Positions 8,885-18,670 of a DNA stretch of 64,000 nucleotides are shown piece after piece (positions within the stretch are counted from its first letter, which is position 1; each line of letters begins with the position of its first letter). The DNA is from Abditibacterium sp. (GTDB lineage Bacteria > Armatimonadota > Abditibacteriia > Abditibacteriales > Abditibacteriaceae). The stretch lies in contig CBDASK010000003.1 in assembly GCA_965199495.1 (NCBI GenBank), forward strand, positions 3,232,001 to 3,296,000, read 5' to 3'. The notes beneath the pieces were generated by a model. That model was not told where the DNA came from. It was given only the letters and a program-made list of their open reading frames with translations, and ran no database searches. A program made the translations under genes and the position numbers.

Positions 8885-8982
8885 GGGAAAGGAGAAAGGA
8901 TAGGAGATATGAAAGATGCAAAAGCTGGCTTTTCGCGCCGAAAAGCGCATTGTCCTTTTTATCCTTCAGCCTTTATCCTTGC

Positions 8983-9954
8983 TCAAACTTCGTCCGCCAC
9001 GAAACCCTGCGGCACAACGACACGTAAGGCGCGCGCCCAAACTTCGAGTTCGAGCGGCGTTTTCTGATTCAATTCGCCGTCAATGTTGGCCGTGGCTGGT
9101 CGGCCCAGCGAACGAACCGTCACTTTTTTCGTTTGGAAAAAATGGGTGCCCGGCCCGTTGAAATCGTGTTTGACCGCCCACATAAACGCCGCTCTGGCGA
9201 ACCGGCTGAGGCTGGCGCCGCCCAGCGAAAATACCGTGAGTTCGTCGTTTTGTACCGAGGATTCTTCGCTCGCCTTGACGCCGCCCGCCACGTAACGCCC
9301 GTTGGCGATGAGCAGTTGGTGAGTCAATGCCACGAAATTTTGCTGTTCTGAGGTCACGCGTAATTTCAATGGGCGATGGCGCCACGCCATTTTGAGTCCG
9401 GTCACGGGCCACGCCAATAATCCCAATTTCTTTTTGACTTCGCCCGTCAAAGCGCCCGCCAGCGATGCCGAGAATCCCAGCGAAACCGAATTGAGAAAAA
9501 CTTCGCCGTTGCATTTGCCGACATCAATCGCTTCGATGTGCCCGGCGGCGATGGTTTCGATGGCTTCTTTCAACTCTATCGGCACGCCGATGGAGCGCGC
9601 GAAGGTGTTGCCGGTGCCCAGCGGCAAGGCAGCCATCGCGACCGATGTGCCCGCCAAATAATTGGCGCACAGCGACAAAGTGCCGTCGCCGCCGCCGGTA
9701 ATTACCATTTTGGCGCCCTCGGCGATTTCGCGTTTGAGCAATTTCTCGGTTTCAGCTTTGTCGCTCGCCAAAATCGCCTCTTTGATGGGCAAACCGGCTT
9801 CGCGCAACATTTCTAAAGCCGAATCGAACTGCTCGCGCCCCTGACGCGAATGGCCGTTGACTAAAAATAAAACGGGTTGCGGCAAAGACTCGACGGTGGG
9901 TTCGGTGGGCGGATCAGGATGGACGGAAAGGGACACGGGCGGGCTTAATGGCAA
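8983..9954 (-). CDS. Diacylglycerol/lipid kinase family protein (YegS-like); start uncertain
   Basis: GGGDGTL, LPLGTGNTFARSIG, NGRYVAGG, IDGEL. The ORF-track N-terminus is derived from a repeat. Confidence 0.85.
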   Translation of the reverse strand: MPLSPPVSLSVHPDPPTEPTVESLPQPVLFLVNGHSRQGREQFDSALEMLREAGLPIKEAILASDKAETEKLLKREIAEGAKMVITGGGDGTLSLCANYLAGTSVAMAALPLGTGNTFARSIGVPIELKEAIETIAAGHIEAIDVGKCNGEVFLNSVSLGFSASLAGALTGEVKKKLGLLAWPVTGLKMAWRHRPLKLRVTSEQQNFVALTHQLLIANGRYVAGGVKASEESSVQNDELTVFSLGGASLSRFARAAFMWAVKHDFNGPGTHFFQTKKVTVRSLGRPATANIDGELNQKTPLELEVWARALRVVVPQGFVADEV

Positions 9955-9984
9955 ATTGATAACCGGAAATTTTTGGATTTCGCT

Positions 9985-10125
9985 CGCATTGTCATTCTGA
10001 GCGCAGTGAGGCACGAACGAAGTCGAAGAATCCACAGGTCGCGCGTTGACTTCGCTTTTGCCTTATCCAAAGTCGTGGATTCTTCGACTTCGTTCGTGCC
10101 TCACTGCGCTCAGAATGACAATGCG
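9985..10125. repeat. Long inverted repeat, TGTCATTCTGAGCG family (51-bp arms)
   Basis: CGCATTGTCATTCTGAGCGCAGTGAGGCACGAACGAAGTCGAAGAATCCAC and its exact reverse complement; related to 58297-58430. Confidence 0.9.
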
Positions 10126-10155
10126 CTTAATTTTTTCACGGTTAATTTTGCTCTT

Positions 10156-12462
10156 TCAAACAAATTTATCCGGCGTCAACGGCAAATCGCGCAACCGTTT
10201 GCCCGTCGCGTTGAAAACCGCGTTGGCGATGGCGGCAGCCACGCCGGTGATGCCGATTTCGCCGATGCCGCGACAACCCAGACTGTTGATATGTGGGTCG
10301 GGCACGTTGATGAACTCGACCTGAATTTCGGGCACATCGGCGTTGACCGCGACGTGATAATCGGCCAGATTGCGAATGATTGGGCGGCCAGTTGGCGGAT
10401 CGTAAAGCGTCTCTTCGCTCAACGCCATGCCGATGCCGAAACCGACGCCGCCCAAAATTTGGCTGCGCGCGGTGCGTGGATTCAAGACGCGCCCGCAATC
10501 AATCACGCTGACCCAATCCATCAGTCGAATCGTACCCAACTCTTCGTCCACGCGCAACTTGCAAAATTGCGCGCCAAACGAATGAAACGAATATTTTTCC
10601 ATGTCCGCGTCGGTTTCGGAATGCGGCGCCAAAATCGCGCACGGCGGCTTCTGCTTTTGCTTCAAACCGGCGCTGGCTTTGGCCGTCGCCATCGTTTCGG
10701 CGCGGCAACAGGCTTCGATATACGGTTTTCTGCTGCGCTTGATAATTTGCGAAAGCGCCTCGCCTTTGCTGCCGTCCGACTTCAAAACCGCCAGCCCGTC
10801 GCGAAAATGAATCTCCTCCAATTTGCGCCCGTGCAATGGCGAACGGCGGTCGGCAATCGCGAGTTTGGCGACTTGCGCCATCGCCATTTCGCACGCTTCA
10901 ACGACGGCGGGCGCCACGCTCGCCGTCAGTTGCGAGCCGCCCGCGACCGGCGCGAACGGCAAATCGGAATCGCCCAGTTCAAAGACGACTTTATAAAGCG
11001 GAAATCCCAGCGTATCGGCGGCGACCTGCCGGAAAACTGTGTAGGCGCCGGTTCCGATGTCGCTGCCCGCGCTGCCAGCCACGGCGCGACCATCGGCATA
11101 AATGCGGCAACGCGCACTCGCCGCCGTGCGATAACCCGGATAAGTCGCCGTCGCCATGCCATAACCGATGAGATAACGGCCTTCGCTCTGTGCCCGTGGC
11201 TCTATTTTGCGCTCGTTCCAGCCGATTAAATCGGCGCCGCGCGCGTAGCATTGTTTGAGTTGTTTGCTCGACCACGGCAAACCGTCTTTCGGGTTTTTGT
11301 CGGCGTAATTTTTCAAGCGAAATTCAATCGGGTCGAGCTTGAGTTCGTGCGCCATTTCGTCCATCGCGCATTCCATCGCGAAAACGCCCGGCGCCTCGCC
11401 CGGCGCGCGCATGAAAATCGGCGGCGCGATATTGTTGCGCGCGGTGACGTTCGCCATCGCGAAGTTGGGCACGTCATAAAGCAAGCGCGAGGCGAACGGG
11501 CTTGGCTCGAAAAACGCCGGTTGATATTCGTGCGTTTGCGTGGTGTTGTGGAACGACATCACCGCCAGATCACCATCGGTGCGCGCGCCCAAATCCAAAT
11601 CCATCGCGCACTCGCCGCGATGGCCGACGCCCGCGAACATTTGCTGGCGCATCAACGCCAATTTTACCGGGCGCCCAATCTGGCGCGCGGCCCAGACGGC
11701 GGCGATGTCGTGCGGCCAACTCGCGGCGCCTTTGCAGCCGAAACCGCCGCCGATGAAATGCGAAATCGCGCGCACGTTTTTGTCGGGCACCTCGAAAACC
11801 TGCGACATCAAAATCTGTGGCCCCTTCACGCCTTGGCTCGACAGATAAATCGTCAAATTGTCACCTTCCCAATCGGCAATAATCGCGTGCGGCTCGATGG
11901 GATTGTGATGTTCGGTGGGCGTGTGATAACTCGCCGAAACTTTAATAGGCGCGTTTGCGCCCGCCAAAACCGGTTCGCCGCGCTGATATTGCGCGTCTTC
12001 CATCCCGAAAAATTTTTCGGGTTTCGTCGTCGCGAGCGCATCCTTCAAACCAACGGCGGGTTTTTCGGTCTCGATTTCGGCAGTCACCAAAGTCGCGGCA
12101 TAACGCGCGCGTTCGTAGGTGTCGGCCACCACAATCGCGATGGCTTGGCCGTTATAGGCGATGTCGGGGCCGGAAAACGGCAGGCGAAACTCGCCGGGAA
12201 TCGTGCCCGCTTTCCCCAGTTCGGCGGGGTTAATCGCGCCGTATTTGGGTTGGTCGAAATGCGAAAACACATCAATCACGCCCGTCGCGGCGCGCGCGGC
12301 ATTCAAATCCAAACTTTTGATCGTGCCGCGCGCGACCGGCGAAGTCACCAAAACGGCGTGCGCCATGTTGGGGAGGGTGAATTCGGCGGAATATTTAGCG
12401 GCGCCGGTCACTTTCAATCGCGCGTCCTGCCGCGTGGCGCTCTGGCCGATGATGGGTTGCAT
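10156..12462 (-). CDS. Xanthine dehydrogenase family molybdopterin-binding subunit (YagR/PaoC-like)
   Basis: DARLKVTGAAKY, IGGGFGCKG, FMRAPGEAPG, DIGTGAYT, GIGEIGITG. Confidence 0.92.
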   Translation of the reverse strand: MQPIIGQSATRQDARLKVTGAAKYSAEFTLPNMAHAVLVTSPVARGTIKSLDLNAARAATGVIDVFSHFDQPKYGAINPAELGKAGTIPGEFRLPFSGPDIAYNGQAIAIVVADTYERARYAATLVTAEIETEKPAVGLKDALATTKPEKFFGMEDAQYQRGEPVLAGANAPIKVSASYHTPTEHHNPIEPHAIIADWEGDNLTIYLSSQGVKGPQILMSQVFEVPDKNVRAISHFIGGGFGCKGAASWPHDIAAVWAARQIGRPVKLALMRQQMFAGVGHRGECAMDLDLGARTDGDLAVMSFHNTTQTHEYQPAFFEPSPFASRLLYDVPNFAMANVTARNNIAPPIFMRAPGEAPGVFAMECAMDEMAHELKLDPIEFRLKNYADKNPKDGLPWSSKQLKQCYARGADLIGWNERKIEPRAQSEGRYLIGYGMATATYPGYRTAASARCRIYADGRAVAGSAGSDIGTGAYTVFRQVAADTLGFPLYKVVFELGDSDLPFAPVAGGSQLTASVAPAVVEACEMAMAQVAKLAIADRRSPLHGRKLEEIHFRDGLAVLKSDGSKGEALSQIIKRSRKPYIEACCRAETMATAKASAGLKQKQKPPCAILAPHSETDADMEKYSFHSFGAQFCKLRVDEELGTIRLMDWVSVIDCGRVLNPRTARSQILGGVGFGIGMALSEETLYDPPTGRPIIRNLADYHVAVNADVPEIQVEFINVPDPHINSLGCRGIGEIGITGVAAAIANAVFNATGKRLRDLPLTPDKFV

Positions 12463-12775
12463 AATTCGATTTGTCTGCCGAAACATTTGCTCTGGAACGC
12501 GCGCTATGTTGGCTAACGCGGACGGGTTTGTCTCCCTTTATTTTAACGTAAATTTTACTTTTACTCGCGCTCAATGCGGGCACAACAAATTGTCCATCGC
12601 ATCTACCGCGCGCAACCAAACCTGCATTTGCCCGGCGTCGCGGTTGTCTCACGCGTAACAGGGTGCCAGCGTCAATTCCACTTTAAGACAGGGACAATAA
12701 ATTTGCGGCAACGATACGTTTCAACACTGGCGTCGGGAACACCGTGTTCCGAGCCGCGCGTAAACTAATCTTTCG

Positions 12776-13819
12776 ATGTTATCGTCGCTCGCCATTGAAA
12801 ACCCATTGAACGAACAACAGGCCGCCAAACCGCGCGTTTCGGTCGTGGTGCCGGTCTATAACGAAGAAGAAAGTCTCGCTAAATTGCACGCCGATCTGCT
12901 CGCTTCGATGGCGCAACTGGGCCGCACTTACGAAATTATCTACGTGGACGACGGATCGCGCGATGCGTCATTCGAGATTTTGTCGGGCTTTGCCGCCGAT
13001 AATCCCAACGTGAAAGTCGTGCGGTTTCGACGCAACTTCGGCCAGACCGCCGCCATGACGGCGGGCATGGATGCGGCGCGTGGCGAAGTTATCGTGCCGC
13101 TTGATGCCGATGGACAAAACGATCCCCGCGACATCGTGCGCTTGCTGGAAAAAATGGACGAGGGTTATGACGTGGTTTCGGGTTGGCGCAAAAAGCGGCA
13201 AGATCACATCTGGCGCAAAATTCCGTCGCGCGTGGCCAACGGTTTGATTTCGCGCGTGACTGGAGTTTCACTGCACGATTACGGTTGTTCGCTCAAGGCT
13301 TATCGCGCCTCGATTTTGCGCGACGTTGCGCTTTACGGCGAAATGCACCGTTTCATTCCGGCCTATGCGTTTATGGCGGGCGGCAAAGTCACCGAAATCG
13401 TGGTGGATCATCATCCGCGCTTGGCGGGCGAATCGAAATATGGATTTGGCCGCATTCAAAAAGTCGCGCTCGATTTGTTGGTCGCGCGCTTTCTGGGCAA
13501 GTTTGGCCAAAAGCCGATTTACTTTTTCGGCGGCGGCGCGATGCGCGCGTTTGGTCTGGGACTTTTGCTGTGGCTTGTCGCGATTTTGCAGAAAATTTGG
13601 CCCCTTTTTAACGACCTTTTCGGCGGTACTTACGAGTCGCGCCACATCAACAATAACCCGCTGTTTTACATCGGCATTTTGATGATTATGGTCGGCGTCC
13701 AATTGTTGATGATGGGGATTTTAGCCGAAATGAATATGCGCATTTATTATGAAGGCGGCGACAAAGCGACTTATATCGTCGCCGAAACGCGCAACCTCGA
13801 AGGCGGCGTGACTTCTTAG
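12776..13819 (+). CDS. Polyprenyl-phosphate glycosyltransferase, GT2 (ArnC/GtrB-like)
   Basis: VVVPVYNEEE, VDDGSRD, RRNFGQTAA, LDADGQNDP; two C-terminal TM segments. Confidence 0.9.
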   Translation: MLSSLAIENPLNEQQAAKPRVSVVVPVYNEEESLAKLHADLLASMAQLGRTYEIIYVDDGSRDASFEILSGFAADNPNVKVVRFRRNFGQTAAMTAGMDAARGEVIVPLDADGQNDPRDIVRLLEKMDEGYDVVSGWRKKRQDHIWRKIPSRVANGLISRVTGVSLHDYGCSLKAYRASILRDVALYGEMHRFIPAYAFMAGGKVTEIVVDHHPRLAGESKYGFGRIQKVALDLLVARFLGKFGQKPIYFFGGGAMRAFGLGLLLWLVAILQKIWPLFNDLFGGTYESRHINNNPLFYIGILMIMVGVQLLMMGILAEMNMRIYYEGGDKATYIVAETRNLEGGVTS

Positions 13820-13847
13820 TTTGTAACTGATTTAGACGATACCAACC

Positions 13848-14570
13848 ATGAAACCCACACTTTTGCTTTGCGCTCTGCTCGCCACGCCATTATGCAGCCA
13901 CGCCGCGCCCGCCGACAAAACTATTGCGTCCGCAATCGAACAGCACAACGATGACGAACACGATCACGCGGGTGGCCCGAAAATCAACGAGGGTAGCCTG
14001 ACCGATTATTTATGGCGCCGCTCGGACGCCGCGTTTCATGCGGGCGATTTCGCGCGCGTGGTCGAACTGCATCGCGCCATCGTGGCGGTTGACCCGACCG
14101 ATGTCGAAAGTTACAGCGTGGGCGCGTGGCTGCTGTGGAGCTTGGAGCGAGGCGACGAAGCCACCGCGTTTATCGCGTTGGGTTTGAAGAACAATCCCGA
14201 CGATCCCGATATGTGGGAGGCGGCAGGCGATCAATACGGTTTGCAAAAGCAGTTCGCGCCCGAACGCGATGCTTATGGCAAAGCCGTCGAATTATCAGGG
14301 AAAGATGCCGACCAAATGCTACGCCGCCGCTATGCGCACGCCAGTGAACACGCGGGCGATTTGGCGGGTAGCGCGCAGGTTTGGCGCGGTTTGGTCGCGG
14401 ATTTTTCCAATGAAGCCGTGAATAAAAATAATCTGGCGCGCGTCGAAGAGGAAATGAAAACCAAAGGCGCGCAGACTCCGGCTCAGGCGATGGGTTTCGT
14501 CGGATTGGGCGGGCTGAGTTTGCTGGGGTTTGGTGTGTGGAAAAAGCGGGCGGGCGGGACGTTAAACTAA
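13848..14570 (+). CDS. Secreted TPR-like protein with C-terminal TM helix and basic tail
   Basis: Signal peptide, helical repeats, ends GFVGLGGLSLLGFGVWKKRAGG. Confidence 0.7.
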   Translation: MKPTLLLCALLATPLCSHAAPADKTIASAIEQHNDDEHDHAGGPKINEGSLTDYLWRRSDAAFHAGDFARVVELHRAIVAVDPTDVESYSVGAWLLWSLERGDEATAFIALGLKNNPDDPDMWEAAGDQYGLQKQFAPERDAYGKAVELSGKDADQMLRRRYAHASEHAGDLAGSAQVWRGLVADFSNEAVNKNNLARVEEEMKTKGAQTPAQAMGFVGLGGLSLLGFGVWKKRAGGTLN

Positions 14571-14589
14571 ACGTGGTCAGTCAATTTTT

Positions 14590-15852
14590 ATGAAAATCGC
14601 AATTATTGGGGGCGGCCCCATTGGAATGGAAGCGCTGCTTTATGGCACGCTGGCGGGCGCCGATGTTCAATTGTTCGAGCGCGGGCGCGTCGGCGAGAAC
14701 GTGCGCGCATGGAGCCACGTCGGCTTGTTCACAGAGTGGAAACGCGACCGTTCGCCATTGGGCGAGCGCGTTTTGAGCGAGCGCGGCGATGCTCTGCCCG
14801 ACGGCGAGAGTTCGCCCAATGGCGAGCAACTCGCCAATTATCTGATGCGCCTGGCGGCGTTACCGCAACTGCGCAACCGCGTTTTGGCGCAAACCGAAGT
14901 GCGCTCGATTACGCGCGAAGCGATGCTCAAACACGATTTGTGGGGCGATCCGCGCCGCGCTTTCGCGCCGTTTCGATTGATGACGCATGGCATCGGCGGC
15001 GAAAAAGTGCGCCATTTCGACGCCGTGATTGACGCGACCGGCGTTTATGGCACGCCCAACTGGGTCGGCAACGGCGGCGCGCCCTGTCCGGGCGAGTTGG
15101 GTTTGCAACGCTACATTGACTATCAAATTCCCGACGTGAAAGGCGCCGACGAAAGCCGCTTTGGGAGCAAGCGCACCCTCGTCGTGGGAACGGGCCATTC
15201 GGCGGCGACGACGCTGCTGGCCCTCGCCGATTTGCTCGGCCAACATGCAGCCACGCGCCTGACGTGGGTCGTGCGGCGCGGCGCCGCTAAAGACGGCTCG
15301 CTTTATTACATTGACCCGGCGGATATTTCGAGCGGGCGCCGCCAACTGGGCGAGCGCGCCAACGAACTGGCGCGTAGTGGCAACGTGGATTTACGCTTGA
15401 ATACGGTCGTCGAAGGAATCGAGCGCCGCGCTCACGTTTTTCACGTCAAGCTCTCCGATGGCACGACGGTGGAATGTCATAATTTGGTCGCGGGCGTCGG
15501 TTATCGCCCCGATCCGAAATTGTGGCAGGAATTACAAATTTCGCAGCATCCGGCCAGCGGCGGGCCGGGCCAATTAGCCGAAGCGATTATGACCGCCAAC
15601 AAAGCGGCGGGCGTCGGGCTTTCGACCGGTTACGCCGAAAAATCGGGCGAAGTCTCCAAACCCGAAGCCGGTGACGCGCACGATGCGCTGGAATTATTGC
15701 GGTTGGACGAGCCGAATTTTTATGTTATCGGCATCAAATCGTATGGCCGCGACGCCGGATTCCTCATGCAAAACGGCTTTCGTCAGGTGCGCGATGTCTA
15801 TCGGTTATTATGCGATGACCGCAGGTTGGATTTATACGAAGGCGTTTTGTAA
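14590..15852 (+). CDS. FAD/NAD(P)-dependent oxidoreductase (flavoprotein monooxygenase-like)
   Basis: IIGGGPIG, VIDATG, LVVGTGHSA, FYVIGIKSYGR. Confidence 0.85.
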   Translation: MKIAIIGGGPIGMEALLYGTLAGADVQLFERGRVGENVRAWSHVGLFTEWKRDRSPLGERVLSERGDALPDGESSPNGEQLANYLMRLAALPQLRNRVLAQTEVRSITREAMLKHDLWGDPRRAFAPFRLMTHGIGGEKVRHFDAVIDATGVYGTPNWVGNGGAPCPGELGLQRYIDYQIPDVKGADESRFGSKRTLVVGTGHSAATTLLALADLLGQHAATRLTWVVRRGAAKDGSLYYIDPADISSGRRQLGERANELARSGNVDLRLNTVVEGIERRAHVFHVKLSDGTTVECHNLVAGVGYRPDPKLWQELQISQHPASGGPGQLAEAIMTANKAAGVGLSTGYAEKSGEVSKPEAGDAHDALELLRLDEPNFYVIGIKSYGRDAGFLMQNGFRQVRDVYRLLCDDRRLDLYEGVL

Positions 15853-15907
15853 ATTGCGTCAGCCCCGCCGCTTCAAGATTTCGCTTCCGCTCAGGGTTCT
15901 GTTGATT

Positions 15908-16381
15908 TCACGCGGGCAAATCCTCGCCGGTGGCTGTAACTGTCAGGCGACCATGTTTGACGCCTTTGGTCGCGATGAGATTATCGGCGAGCGCGCGCAC
16001 GCGTTTGGCGTCGCCGCGCACGACCAAAACTTCCAGACAATTATCGTGATCGAGATGAACGTGCAGCGTTGAAATAATTAAGTCGGTGTGGTCGTGCTGC
16101 ACATCGGTCAGCAATCGCTGAAGTTGCGGTTTGTGATGATCGAACAAAACCGTGATAGTGCCCGCGACTTGTCCGCCCAGACTTTCGCGGTGTTCGACTA
16201 AATGCGCGCGCACCATGTCGCCAATCGCCAGCGAACGATTGTTATAACCCTTCTGCTCGGTCATGGCGTCCAGTTCGCGCGCCAGTTCGGCGGGCAGGGA
16301 AACGCTGAAACGCACCGCGCCCTCGCTCTTTTCGTTGTCCTCTCTTACTTTTTCGTCGCTTTGAGAATGATGATGCACCAT
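15908..16381 (-). CDS. nikR: Nickel-responsive transcriptional regulator
   Basis: RFSVSLP ribbon-helix-helix, GYNNRS, QHDH...STLHVHLDHDNCLEV nickel site. Confidence 0.93.
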   Translation of the reverse strand: MVHHHSQSDEKVREDNEKSEGAVRFSVSLPAELARELDAMTEQKGYNNRSLAIGDMVRAHLVEHRESLGGQVAGTITVLFDHHKPQLQRLLTDVQHDHTDLIISTLHVHLDHDNCLEVLVVRGDAKRVRALADNLIATKGVKHGRLTVTATGEDLPA

Positions 16382-16520
16382 AAATCCAAGTATAGGACGC
16401 CGTTGCCCGTTAATCTGGCGAATGCGCGAGCAGGTTTGCGCGCTTCTTTTCATTGTCGCGCGCTTAATGACACCAAAGGCGATTTATCGTCAATTTTCAG
16501 ACGGGTTATGGTATGTTAAT

Positions 16521-16548
16521 AGATTACACTGCTATTCAATCGTAACAT
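16521..16548. promoter_or_regulatory. Candidate NikR operator (imperfect inverted repeat)
   Basis: AGATTAC-N14-GTAACAT in the AT-rich region between divergent nikR and cbiM. Confidence 0.35.
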
Positions 16549-16584
16549 GAACGAGCGTGTCCGATGGTTTACAGCAGAAATTTT

Positions 16585-17676
16585 ATGCATATTCCCGATG
16601 GCTATCTCAGTCCCTCGACCTGCGTTGTGATGGCGGCGGGCGCGTTGCCGTTCTGGGTTGTCGCGTTGCGGCGCGTAAAGAAACTGTTGCACACGCGTTT
16701 GGTGCCGTTGTTGTCGGTATTCGCAGCGTTTTCGTTCGTGATTATGATGTTCAACCTGCCGCTCCCCGGCGGCACAACCGGCCACGCCGTCGGCATGGGC
16801 GTGGCCACGGTGGTTTTGGGGCCGTGGGCTTCGATTTTAGCGATTTCGGTTGCGTTATTAATTCAGGCGCTGTTTTTCGGCGACGGCGGCATCACGGCGT
16901 ATGGTGCCAACTGTTTCAATATGGCAATCGTCGGCTCACTGGTGGCTTATGGGGTTTATCGCGCGCTGGCCGGGCGCGCCGCGCTCGATTCGCCGCGCCG
17001 TGTGTGGGCGGCGGCATTGGCGGGTTACGTGGCGATTAACGTGGCGGCACTGTGCGCGGCGATTGAATTTGGTCTTCAGCCCGAACTCTTCAAAGACGCG
17101 ACGGGCGCGCCGCTTTACAGTCCGTACCCGCTACATATCGCGATTCCGGCGATGATGATTGGGCATCTCACGATTGCCGGATTTGCCGAAGCGATTGTTT
17201 CGGGCGGCATCGTGGCCTATTTGCAGCGCGCCGATATTTCGCTGTTGAAACTGACCGCGCCGGGCGCGCGCGAAGCCGATGACGCGACGCGAGAAATATC
17301 GGCGCGCGGCGGCTGGAAAACCACAAAACCGTTATGGATTGGTCTGGCGCTGATGATGATCGCGACGCCGCTGGGACTTTTGGCGGCGGGCACCGCGTGG
17401 GGCGAATGGGCGCCGCAGGATTTTAAAAACGCCGCGATGCGTCAGGAAATTCAGACGGCTTCGGGCGCGGCGGCGCCCGCAACGGCGCCGCAGGGCTTAG
17501 AAAAACTTTCATCGGTCTGGACGGCGCCGATGCCCGATTACGCGCCACCTTTTTTAAAGCACGAGCAGTTCGGTTATATTCTGTCGGCGCTGTTTGGCAG
17601 TGGATTGATTTTAGCGGCGTTTTTGCTCATGGGTTGGATTGCGGGCAGAACTTCCAAAGAAACGTTGAGTGAATAA
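16585..17676 (+). CDS. cbiM: ECF Ni/Co transporter substrate component, NikM/CbiM fused to an N-like domain
   Basis: N-terminal MHIPDGYLS fixes the start at 16585; GGTTGH, LFFGDGG; C-terminal WGEW...APMPDY. Confidence 0.9.
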   Translation: MHIPDGYLSPSTCVVMAAGALPFWVVALRRVKKLLHTRLVPLLSVFAAFSFVIMMFNLPLPGGTTGHAVGMGVATVVLGPWASILAISVALLIQALFFGDGGITAYGANCFNMAIVGSLVAYGVYRALAGRAALDSPRRVWAAALAGYVAINVAALCAAIEFGLQPELFKDATGAPLYSPYPLHIAIPAMMIGHLTIAGFAEAIVSGGIVAYLQRADISLLKLTAPGAREADDATREISARGGWKTTKPLWIGLALMMIATPLGLLAAGTAWGEWAPQDFKNAAMRQEIQTASGAAAPATAPQGLEKLSSVWTAPMPDYAPPFLKHEQFGYILSALFGSGLILAAFLLMGWIAGRTSKETLSE

Positions 17677-18544
17677 ATTCGCCCGCAATTTTCCAAATTC
17701 CATGATTCAACAACCGGCGCGGCGCAAGCGCAAAGATTTCGTCGAAGCCACGCTCGCCGGATTGCTCGAAGCGACCGACCAATCATTGTACGCCGAAGAG
17801 CTATCGGCGCGGCGTGGCTGGTTGCAAGGACTCGATCCGCGCGTCAACATCGTTGGTTTATTTGCGCTGATTATAGCGGCGGCGATGTCGCACAGTCTGG
17901 CCGTTATCGGCGCGATTTTCTCCGTTGCCGTCGCGCTCGCGTTGCTTTCGCGCGTGCCACTGCGCACCTTAGCCACGCGCGAATGGCTGCCGGTTTTCGT
18001 CTTCACCGGCTGCGTCGCCTTGCCCGCGATTTTCCTGACGCCCGGCCCGGCCATCGCACGCGTGCCCTTGCTGAATTGGGAAATCACCGCGACCGGAACG
18101 CTTAGCGCGCTTTATTTAATATCGCGCGTCGAAACGGCGGCGACTTTGGCGCTGTTGATGGTGCTTTGCACGCCGTGGACGCAGGTGCTCAAGGCGCTGC
18201 GCAGTTTGGGCGTGCCGGTCGTTGTCGTGGTGATGTTGGGTATGACTCATCGCTATATTTTTCTGTTGTTGCAAAGCGCGCACGATTTATTTCAGGCGCG
18301 CCGCAGCCGCATCGTGGCGCCGCTCGATGGCGCCGCGCGGCGGCGTTTGGCCACGACGAGCGCCGGAGTTTTGCTGGGCAAAAGTCTACATTTGAGCCAC
18401 GAAGTTTTTCTGGCAATGCAGGCGCGCGGCTTTCGCGGCGAGGTTTATACGCTCGATGAATTCCAGATGCGCCCGCGCGACTGGCTGGCGCTCGCGGCGT
18501 TTTTGCTGTTGGCTGGTTTGGCGCTCTGGTTTGGGCGGCGGTGA
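17669..18544 (+). CDS. cbiQ: ECF transporter T component (NikQ/CbiQ); start 17669 or 17702
   Basis: LQGLDPRV, MTHRYIFLL, AMQARGFRG. Confidence 0.88.
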   Translation: MNKFARNFPNSMIQQPARRKRKDFVEATLAGLLEATDQSLYAEELSARRGWLQGLDPRVNIVGLFALIIAAAMSHSLAVIGAIFSVAVALALLSRVPLRTLATREWLPVFVFTGCVALPAIFLTPGPAIARVPLLNWEITATGTLSALYLISRVETAATLALLMVLCTPWTQVLKALRSLGVPVVVVVMLGMTHRYIFLLLQSAHDLFQARRSRIVAPLDGAARRRLATTSAGVLLGKSLHLSHEVFLAMQARGFRGEVYTLDEFQMRPRDWLALAAFLLLAGLALWFGRR

Positions 18545-18550
18545 AATTAA

Positions 18551-18648
18551 CCGTAGGGACACCGCATGCCGTGTCCGCGAACGTTAAAATTACTTTTCAA
18601 TAACGCACTCGCCCACGTTTGCGGACACGGCATGCCGTGTCCCTACGG
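18551..18648. repeat. GTAG-type REP doublet (REPIN-like)
   Basis: CCGTAGGGACACCGCATGCCGTGTCCGC ... GCGGACACGGCATGCCGTGTCCCTACGG; each arm is itself an imperfect hairpin. Confidence 0.85.
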
Positions 18649-18670
18649 CGCGCAAATGCAACTGAACTTT

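Noticed and set aside
9955..10035. MDSSTSFVPHCAQND N-terminus of the lipid kinase ORF
   Set aside because: It is a translation of the inverted repeat arm; there is no evidence that it is coding.
9973..12516. Long plus-strand ORFs (418 and 421 aa) opposite the Mo-subunit gene, and similar ORFs opposite metK, acnA, the PRC gene and ung
   Set aside because: Antisense shadow ORFs typical of GC-rich coding DNA, with no recognisable motifs.
12490..12775. Possible Moco riboswitch or small ORF upstream of the Mo-subunit gene
   Set aside because: I could not match a riboswitch consensus or find a convincing ORF with an RBS.
16400..16584. Cobalamin or NiCo riboswitch before cbiM
   Set aside because: The region is short and AT-rich with no B12 box; the adjacent nikR explains regulation.
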